Positions 9,727 through 16,925 of a stretch of 16,925 nucleotides of DNA are shown piece after piece. Position numbers and translations under genes: made by a program. Source of the DNA: Azolla caroliniana. Its lineage: Eukaryota > Plantae > Polypodiophyta. Within the stretch, counting starts at the first letter, position 1, and every line of letters starts with the position of its first letter. The DNA lies in NCBI GenBank assembly GCA_043228905.1, contig JBHGNT010000713.1, positions 1-16,925 on the forward strand, given 5' to 3'. The notes below the pieces were generated by a model that ran no database searches, was not told the origin of the DNA, and saw only the letters and a list, made by a program, of their open reading frames with translations.

Positions 9727-9800
9727 GGAGTGCAAGTATGGATTTGAACCTTATACCTCCAAGCTGAGAGTCTATAGGCTTACTACTAAGCCAAAACATT
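9727..9800 (-). other. Degenerate tRNA-like Pol III A/B-box module inside insert D
   Basis: Minus strand: A-box TGGCTTAGTAG (9793-9783) within a GGCTT/AAGCC stem, B-box GGTTCAAATCC (9750-9740), 32 nt apart. Acceptor and anticodon stems do not pair, so it is not a functional tRNA. Confidence 0.5.
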
Positions 9801-10275
9801 TTCATGAAATAATATTTTTGTCATTATAGTTTTACATGTAAATTCTCATACATGAGACCTTAAATGAGTGACGTGGTTATCATGCACCACATGTAATACA
9901 TGAGCACCAAATGGCAAACATGCATTTTTGCATGTCTTGTACCCTCAAATGCATGAGGGCATCTATAAAAGAGGGGAGGAAAAAGATGAAAGGACTAATG
10001 TAAAATTTTGGGATGATCAAATAAGAGACTTGTTATCCAATTGATGATATATCTTGATTCTTAAACCTAAAAGTTAAAAGTTCAATATTAATCTCTCTCT
10101 CCATTTCAATCTCCTTCAATCTAAAGTCAAGCATTTAATCTCAATTTCTCTCTCTCTCAATCTATCTTAAATACTTTCTTGCTAAAACTAGTGTAAACTT
10201 CGAATCCTTCCGGTCTAGAACCCCGGCGGTTCCGCCTCACGATCCGCGCCTAGTGACAGATCTTCACGACACCGG

Positions 10276-10950
10276 TGCATGTCAAACCCAAGACGGAAGC
10301 ATTGGGAGGTAGTCAAGAACATCTTCAGGTATCTGCGAGGAACCGAAGATGTACAACTAACTTTGGGATCGGCCAATCCGATCGAAGTCGAAGGATATAC
10401 AGACTTCGACTATGCCGGCAATCTAGACAATAAGAAGTCGACCTCAGGCTATATATTAACCTATTGCGGCAACACCATATCATGGAGGTTAAAATTGCAA
10501 GACTGTACGGCCCTATCGACCATAGAGGCAAAGTACATTGTCGCGTCGGAAGCAGCAAAGGAAGCAATATGGCTGCACCGACTTTCGGTTGACTTTTTGT
10601 CAAAGAGCAAAATCGACAATCCAACACCGACCCTCTATTGCAACTCACAAAGCGCAATACACCTCATATGGAATACAAACTATCATGCGAAGAGGAAACA
10701 CATTGAGGTGTGGTACCATCACATTCGAGAGATTGTAACAGAGAAGAAGCTCAAAGTCCAGAAGATAAATACCGAGGTGAACATTGTCGATTGCTTGAAG
10801 AATCCACTCCCAGAACAATGCTTCGGAGCACGAAGGACAACCATGGGACTACGACAAGCGACTAAGCAGAAGAGAGCTGAACAAACAATTGCAGCAAGTA
10901 AGTCAAAGATCAGCCCGACTAAACGAGCCGAAAAGTCAAAGTCAAAGTAG
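10276..10950 (+). pseudogene. RT C-terminus plus RNase H of element A
   Basis: HWEVVKNIFRYLRGT, GYTDFDYAGNLDNKKSTSGY, ALSTIEAKY, YHAKRKHIEVWYHHIRE, NIVDCLKNPLP: Copia RNase H with degenerate conserved residues. Confidence 0.93.
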
Positions 10951-10991
10951 ACAAACAACCAAAAGACTAAAGACGCAACACTAAGCGAGGA

Positions 10992-11552
10992 TGTTGATTA
11001 GAGAGGAGACAATCGACCTCCGAAGACAGATCGAGGATCTAACAAGGAGCACTAGTGCTAGCGCGAGCAGGAAACACACGATCGCCTAGAGGCCAAGAGT
11101 CGGGATCGGACACGAGCCGATCCGAACAAACGAGTCGAGTCGGACACAAGTTGATCCGAACCAATCGGTCCGACCACCTCAAACAAGCTAACCTGGACGA
11201 CATACGATCTAGATGACTTTCCGAATTAAGCTAGATCCCGACTTTACCTCTACAGACTCGGCTGAATGCCAACTGCCTTGTATACATACAATTCTAACTA
11301 TAGATTAAAATTGTAATCTAGGTTCATGGGGGAGACAACCCCAATTATTTGTATACATTGGAAGAGTAGCCCTTTTACGGGAGAGTTTGTTGATATAAAA
11401 GGCAGACTCCTTCCACTTTGGTGTGAACACATTCTCCAGTTAGGACTTGAGTATATAAGCCCAATGGAAAGGTTGTAAAGAGTGAGAGAGTTACAAAAGA
11501 GAAATACAAAGCTTCCATTAGAGCTTAACCTTGTCTATCTTGCTTCTTATCA
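10992..11552 (+). repeat. Putative 3' LTR of element A
   Basis: Purine-rich AAGCGAGGA then TGTTGA ~40 bp after the pol stop; short GATCCGA/TCGGAC repeats; TATATAAG near 11453; candidate end CTTATCA. No partner LTR in the window to confirm. Confidence 0.5.
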
Positions 11553-12588
11553 TCCCCAGCTTGAATATTCCTATTTAATCTGGCTATGTTATTTGTCGTA
11601 CACTAATATACAGGTCCTCAGCAATCTTTCGCAATCCTTTCTTCATCACAAAATACATAGGCATTGGTGCATCATGATTATTTGGATTTGAGAAAGGCCA
11701 TCAGGGATGTACAAAAATGCTTGTTTCAAAAGAATAACGCATCATGGCAGCTAACGTGTTGGATCTCAAACAAAAAGCACGTGCTTGATCAATATGATCC
11801 AAGACACCCTAGGGAAAGAATTCATACAAATATTTGTATTGGAATGACTACATATTGTACTCGTGGTCTTATGCATGCCGCCACTTAACTATGATGCATA
11901 AGTTGCCACTGGTTGATCACGCAAGAAAGGTATCCATAAATGCCTTCCATTTCCATTTCCATATGAATTATCATTTCTAAGATACTGAACTCATACTAGG
12001 AAGAAAATAGCTTCACACTAAGGTGGCATGAATGCTATTGTTTTGGTTGTAAGGAAAGGTGGCATCACAAACAAGCTACTTAAATTGGTCGATATGATGA
12101 ATGTTTCTCGATCACTTGATGTAAGGCCACCAAACAACATCATGTTCAACCCTATTTGCAACATATGGTTTCCAAATAGAAAGTTATTATCACCACATAA
12201 ACTTGCCAAAAGATGAGAGACTTAATGACACAATCGATACTAGCCTCTTCATCACCCAACCACCCATTCTAGCGTCATCTCACTCGTTCTCATATTGAGG
12301 TTCAAGGAGGGCCTATATAGTGCACAAAAGGGGGCGGTATATTTGTTTAAGATAGACCATTTGCATGTTCGACTATATCCAATTCGTGCATATGTAAAGA
12401 TTTGACGTCCGTCACTAAAATGGCATTTTATAGCGAACTAGTAGTAGGCACACATATATCCGAACTGATGCCAACGACTAGTAGTATAAAGCAAGAAACC
12501 TAAAGAAAGTGTTGGGACTCAATGCCGACGTGTTCTTCAGTAGAACGGTAGAAAAAGCAACTTCCCACGCATGGCTTTAGGGTACATA

Positions 12589-12647
12589 GTACATACATGC
12601 ATACATATGTACGTACGTACGTACGTACATACATACATACATACATA
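12589..12647. repeat. Compound (GTAC)5/(ATAC)n microsatellite, alternating purine-pyrimidine tract
   Basis: Directly visible; includes a 26-bp perfect palindrome at 12606-12631. Confidence 0.9.
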
Positions 12648-12799
12648 ACACGTGTATGTGTGTTTTGTTTGTTCAGTTGGGGTCAACTTCCTTCCTTCCA
12701 ATTTAATTTCTTTCTTACTCTCTATTCATTCGTCAGAGACTAGAGAGAGAGGGCTGACCGAAAAAGAGGGTTTTAAGCTTCTACTTTAGTTTACATATT

Positions 12800-12815
12800 T
12801 AGGGTTTTAAGCCCA
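12800..12815. promoter_or_regulatory. Telo-box (TAGGGTTT) next to a site II motif (AGCCCA) upstream of the helicase
   Basis: Exact motif matches ~180 bp upstream of the ATG; second AGCCCA at 12871-12876. This pairing is known from plant translation and ribosome-biogenesis gene promoters; function here is untested. Confidence 0.5.
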
Positions 12816-12816
12816 G

Positions 12817-12879
12817 ACTCCTCTTCCTCTTCCTCTTCCTCTTCTTACTGCTGCTGCTCTTCTCTTGGAGAGCCCAAGC

Positions 12880-12911
<32 letters not shown>

Positions 12912-12941
12912 TGTACTGTACGGTACTGTACGGTACTGTAC
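12817..12941 (+). repeat. Simple-repeat cluster in the likely 5' UTR: (TCCTCT)n, (CTG)3, (GCA)9, (CKGTACTGTA)3
   Basis: Directly visible. Confidence 0.85.
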
Positions 12942-12990
12942 TCTATCTTATTCCTCTCTCCGTCGTCAGTCAGAGGGAGACAGACAGACG

Positions 12991-13494
12991 ATGGCATCTA
13001 CAAGAAACTCTCAGATGCTGGCGCACAGAGCCTTATCTCGGCTACTAGGCCCCAAGCAACCATCTTCTTCTTCTTCTTCTTCTTCCATCAGAAATCATAC
13101 AGCACTAGATATCGCTACAAAGGCAGCATCGGCATCATCTACAACAACACCAACAACATTAACAAGAAGAAGAAGAACAGAAACTTCATCAGAGAAATGT
13201 GCTGTGTCCGCATCTCCAACCAATTCTCCTTCTTTGTTCTCTGCTTCAACCCTGCTGCTGCCTTCTCAAGCTTTGCTCAGAAGGAACATTCACTCATGGA
13301 ACTCGCCTCATTCCTCGCTTTCCACTGCATTCGCATTTGAACATTCGGTAAACGAGAGTCAAGAGACGAAGAAGAACAGTAGTCCTTCTGCTGCAGTTGG
13401 CGGTGAAGGGGTGGAGATATCAAAGCTTCCTATATCTCCTTCACTCATCAGCGGTCTTGCAAAGCGAGGCATCACTAGCCTCTTCCCTATACAG
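12991..13494 (+). CDS. Helicase exon 1 (transit-peptide-like N-terminus and Q motif)
   Basis: ATG at 12991; ends [15 protein letters not shown]; 504 bp. Confidence 0.85.
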
Positions 13495-16400
13495 GTTCAA
13501 GCTCCGTGACTTTTCCTCGGATTTTAGAGAGGAGAAAAAATCAATTTGCCCGGCTTCATTGTGAAGGAATCGGTGTTATCGGTTTTCTTTGCAATCAGCC
13601 TATTTTTCCAACCATTGACAAAAATCTAATACACCAAGAATCAGTAGAAGCCTCAGTGAATTTCTGAATACATTTGGAAGGCTTCTTTCTTTCTCATTTA
13701 CAGCAAATTGAATCGTCAGTTCGAATCTTGTTTTTGGTGCTGATTTATTGCTTTCTTATTCAGAGAGCTGTATTGGAACCAGCATTGAAGGGACAAGATT
13801 TAATAGCTCGTGCTAAAACTGGCACAGGCAAGACACTGGCATTTGGGATTCCTATTCTTGATAGGATAATTAAGGAGAACGAAAAGCGGACCAGGTTTTG
13901 CATTTAATTGCGTGAATAGACTTTAAACATTAAAGTTTACTATTTAGGGCACCGCCTCTGTTAAAAATGAAATATTATTATCAATATGTTAAATGAATTG
14001 GCAGAGGCTATGGAAGAGCACCTTTGGCAGTTGTATTGGCACCTACTCGGGAGCTAGCCAAGCAAGTTGAGAATGAACTGAAAGAGTCAGCGCCCTCGAT
14101 TGAAGTTGCATGTGTATATGGAGGAGTTTCCATTGATATACAAGTTCGCCAGATACAAAGGGGACTTGATGTGGTGGTAGGGACACCTGGTCGAGCTATT
14201 GATCTTCTCAACCGTGGTGCTTTAAATCTTGGAGAAGTTCAGTACTTTGTTTTGGATGAAGCTGATAGGATGTTGGCTGTGGGTTTCGAGGAGGATGTAG
14301 AGAAGATTCTACAACATCTTCCTACACAGAAACAAAATTTGCTATTTTCGGCTACTATGCCAGATTGGGTTAAGAAACTTGCTGGGAAATATTTGAAGAA
14401 TCACATCGTGGTTGACTTGGTAAGGAATAGTTAATGCCTGCCTAATTTCTGTAATGTTTATCGTATTTATGATTCATTAAGCAGTTTTAGGAATCATGTC
14501 TTCACTTCTATTTCGAGGTAGGTAGGTAATAATGATGAGAAGCTAGCAGAGGGTATCAGGATGCTTTCTATCTCTACTACACAAGCAACAAGACGGCCAA
14601 TGCTGAGTGATCTGATTACGGTAAACCCTAAACTACATTGTGTTTATGGATAATAACTTTCTTTCATTATCGAGTAATGAAATATATGACTCTCTTTGTC
14701 CCAGGTCTATGGTAAAGGGTGCAAATCCATTGTTTTCACTCAGACTAAAAGAGAGGCAGATGATGTTTCTTCGTTCCTAGGACAGAAATTGGGCTCTGAA
14801 GCCTTGCATGGTGACATTTCCCAGCATCAAAGAGAGAAGACTCTTAAATCATTTCGGGATGGACGTCTCAATGTTTTGGTAGCGACAGATGTTGCAGCCC
14901 GTGGTCTCGACATTTCCAATGTAGACCTTGTATGTCTTCTCTTGAACTTCTTGCAGTTTGACTCAATGATATATAATCAATTGTGCATACGCACTTTTAA
15001 ATTTTATACCATATCTTTCTTACATAGGTTATCCATTATGAGCCTGCTAACGATTCGGAAACATTTGTTCATCGCACTGGACGGACTGGTAGAGCAGGCA
15101 AAAAGGGTACTGCTATTCTTATGGTGATGGAACAGCAAAGAAGAACCATTGATTCCCTTGAGCGAGAGCTTGGTTGTAAATTTGAAAATATAGAACCCCC
15201 CACCCTTGAAGATGTTGTAAGGTCTTCTGCACATCAGGCAGTTACCAAGATTGAGAGCATTTCAACTGATCTAAGAAATGTATTTCTTTCAACTGCCGAG
15301 AAGTTGATTGCTGAGCATGGGCCAGGAGCACTTGCTGCAGCTATTGCTCATGTGTGTGGCTGCACTGAGCTTCCTACATCACGATCCTTGATTTCCTATG
15401 AACAGGTAGTGTCCTTGTATTGTCTTCTAATAACCGTGAGAGGAGTGAAATGTGTCTGAGATCCATTTTCTTTTATATCACCAGGGGTTTATGACTCTAA
15501 AAATAACTCGACCTGGAGGACAGCCTATTACCGGGACAGAAGCAGTGACACAATTCATATCAAGAGTTTTTCCATCTGCAGTAAGCAGTATTGGCAAAAT
15601 TCGTATGTTAAATGAAATTGGGGTCAGTTCTCCTCTATTCTCTTCTGACTTTTTAAATGGTACAGTAAGGAATGCTGCTATCATGAAAATGTTGTACAAG
15701 GAATTACATTTTTGACAAAATTGTTTCGATTTCCTTTTGACAGCTCCAAGGCGCAGTTTTTGATCTGCCTGAGAAGCTGGCGAAGGACTTGCTGTCAATG
15801 AGCATCACAACAGGAGAAGTACTCGAAGCACCACCAAAGGTTTTGAACATTTAACTGATTCTTGTGTGAAATAACACACATTGAACTTCAGGTGTACTGC
15901 TGAAGTGAGAAATAGTTCTCCTTCCAGTATAAAAAGCTCATCCCCTGGACCTGGTTTTTAGCTTTATTTGGAGTTAATGTCTTCTTCAACTTTAGGGCGT
16001 ATTGTTCTAGTGACTGTTTGATGTCTCAATTCCTTGAATTACATTGTCTTTCCATTTCTTTTCCTATATTATATTTTTCTCATATAACTTGTAATTTAAA
16101 CAGCTGCCAAGAATAGTAGAAGACACGTTTGGTGGTGGTGGATATGGTAGAAGCTTTTCACCTAGAGCTCCTGGTGGGCGCTTCAATTCTGGTGGATTTT
16201 CTGGAGGTAGTAGTTGGTCTAGCCCTAGCAGATTTCCTAGCTCTAATGGAGGAGATTGGTCCTCCAGACCTAGCTCTCCTGCTACCAACAATTGGTCTAA
16301 CAGATCCAGTTCTGGTAGCAATGATTGGTCCTCGAACAGATCTAACAATGGCATGAATAGTTGGTCCAACAGGTTACTTTTTGCCCTTTTATTGCTGTTC

Positions 16401-16554
16401 ATGTGGTTTTGTTTTTGTTTCTGGGATAAGCCGTTGCTGATGTCTTGTGATTCAGATCTTCGGATAGCAACAGCAGTTGGTCAAATAGGTCATCATCTAG
16501 CTACACAGGTTCTGTGTCCAGTAGTTTTGGATCTTTCAGCAGTTCTGGGACCAG
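12991..16554 (+). CDS. DEAD-box ATP-dependent RNA helicase, organellar RH3/RH9/RH53 (DDX21-like) group, spliced, 3'-incomplete
   Basis: join(12991-13494,13764-13894,14005-14419,14522-14620,14705-14929,15028-15405,15485-15622,15744-15839,16104-16372,16456-16554,...). All introns GT-AG and the frame stays open (~784 codons). Motifs [56 protein letters not shown]-like IGKI..GAVFDLP. Confidence 0.95.
13764..13894 (+). CDS. Helicase exon 2 (motif I)
   Basis: [35 protein letters not shown].../GT, phase 2. Confidence 0.92.
14005..14419 (+). CDS. Helicase exon 3 (motifs Ia-III, DEAD)
   Basis: CAG/...LAPTRELA...VLDEADRML...FSATMP...VDL/GTAAG. Confidence 0.93.
14522..14620 (+). CDS. Helicase exon 4
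   Basis: [18 protein letters not shown]...LSDLIT/GTAAA, 99 bp. Confidence 0.88.
14705..14929 (+). CDS. Helicase exon 5 (motifs IV-V)
   Basis: [19 protein letters not shown]...[11 protein letters not shown]...[21 protein letters not shown]. Confidence 0.93.
15028..15405 (+). CDS. Helicase exon 6 (motif VI)
   Basis: [30 protein letters not shown]...[14 protein letters not shown]. Confidence 0.93.
15485..15622 (+). CDS. Helicase exon 7 (GUCT-like)
   Basis: [12 protein letters not shown]...[18 protein letters not shown]. Confidence 0.87.
15744..15839 (+). CDS. Helicase exon 8 (GUCT-like)
   Basis: [20 protein letters not shown]...APPK/GT. Confidence 0.88.
16104..16372 (+). CDS. Helicase exon 9 (G/S/N/R-rich tail)
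   Basis: [21 protein letters not shown]...NSWSN(R)/GT, phase 2. Confidence 0.82.
16456..16554 (+). CDS. Helicase exon 10 (Ser-rich tail; gene continues past the window)
   Basis: [43 protein letters not shown]; frame consistent with exon 9. Confidence 0.75.
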
Positions 16555-16925
16555 GTATGTTTGGGTTGCTTCTCAAAGAAGAAAAATATACGATGCTATT
16601 TTTGTGATCCCTCTCTCATAATCACCCCCTCATAAAGATCCACTCACAGACATGTGTTATTTTCATACATTTCAAACTGACATGTATATATCATAATGAC
16701 CCATCATTCTCAGAATGGTAAGAAAATTTGGAATTGAAACAATGCATAAGCTGATCTTGAGTTTATGTTATACTGCTGCCTCTTTGTGTCTTGCAAATTT
16801 TAACCCATTGGGAATCTTGAATTAAAGAAAATCAAGTAAATAAAGTGAACGTTGCTATTTATATTTCTGTGCTTCACATCTCAAGACACCAGTCTTTTGC
16901 AACTAAGGGAACAAGATCTATGGGT

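Larger units (their letters stand above)
9251..10271 (+). mobile_element. Insert D: 1021-bp solo-LTR-like element nested in the RT of element A
   Basis: Perfect 12-bp terminal inverted repeat TGTCGTGAAGAT/ATCTTCACGACA; flanks CCAG (9247-9250) and CCGG (10272-10275). Removal restores VVS-R-CMSNP. TATA CTATAAAA at 9963-9970; homologous to C at both ends. Confidence 0.9.
2591..11552 (+). mobile_element. Element A: degenerate 5'-truncated Ty1/Copia retrotransposon (INT-RT-RNaseH) hosting B/C and D
   Basis: Domain order INT (2591-3458), RT (8574-9250), RT-end/RNaseH (10276-10950) is Copia-type. The segments rejoin across the B and D target duplications. The 3' boundary is tentative. Confidence 0.82.

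Noticed and set aside
9727-9800. Functional tRNA gene
   Set aside because: Acceptor and anticodon stems do not pair; kept only as a tRNA-like remnant.
10279-10950. 223-aa open ORF as a functional or domesticated RNase H gene
   Set aside because: The ATG is an internal pol Met exposed by insert D, and conserved residues are degenerate (EAKY for EAEY, CNSQSA for CDxQSA, DCLKNP for DxLTKP).
11580-12290. Protein-looking minus-strand frame behind a CTATATAG box
   Set aside because: About 16 stops in ~235 codons, roughly what random AT-rich DNA gives, and no recognisable motif. Left unassigned; BLASTX would settle it.
16064-16607. Track ORFs 16064-16402(-), 16129-16356(+), 16353-16607(+)
   Set aside because: Alternative frames or intron read-through of helicase exons 9-10.

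Overview
Eukaryotic land-plant genomic DNA; a moss origin is plausible but cannot be proven from this window. Bases 1-~11550 are a nested cluster of dead LTR retrotransposons. It opens with a Copia LTR end, PBS and gag remnant (1-632), then a 4.1-copy 312-bp tandem array derived from a Copia integrase C-terminus (715-1994). An old Copia element A (INT-RT-RNaseH, ~2591-11552) is split by two insertions. The first is Copia element B (3459-8524, ~98% identical LTRs, ATTTG TSD), which lacks RT/RNaseH and itself carries a 1.1-kb solo-LTR-like insert C (6681-7780). The second is a related 1.0-kb insert D (9251-10271). C and D have 4-bp YCGG-type target duplications, share an 85-bp near-identical block and a 22-bp minisatellite, and D carries a tRNA-like A/B-box module. 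Bases ~12400-16925 hold the promoter and first 10 coding exons (~784 codons, 3' end outside the window) of an intact DEAD-box RNA helicase of the organellar RH3/RH9/RH53 type. It has a transit-peptide-like N-terminus, a GUCT-like domain and a Trp-Ser-Asn-Arg repeat tail. All calls come from reading the sequence by eye; no database search was run.
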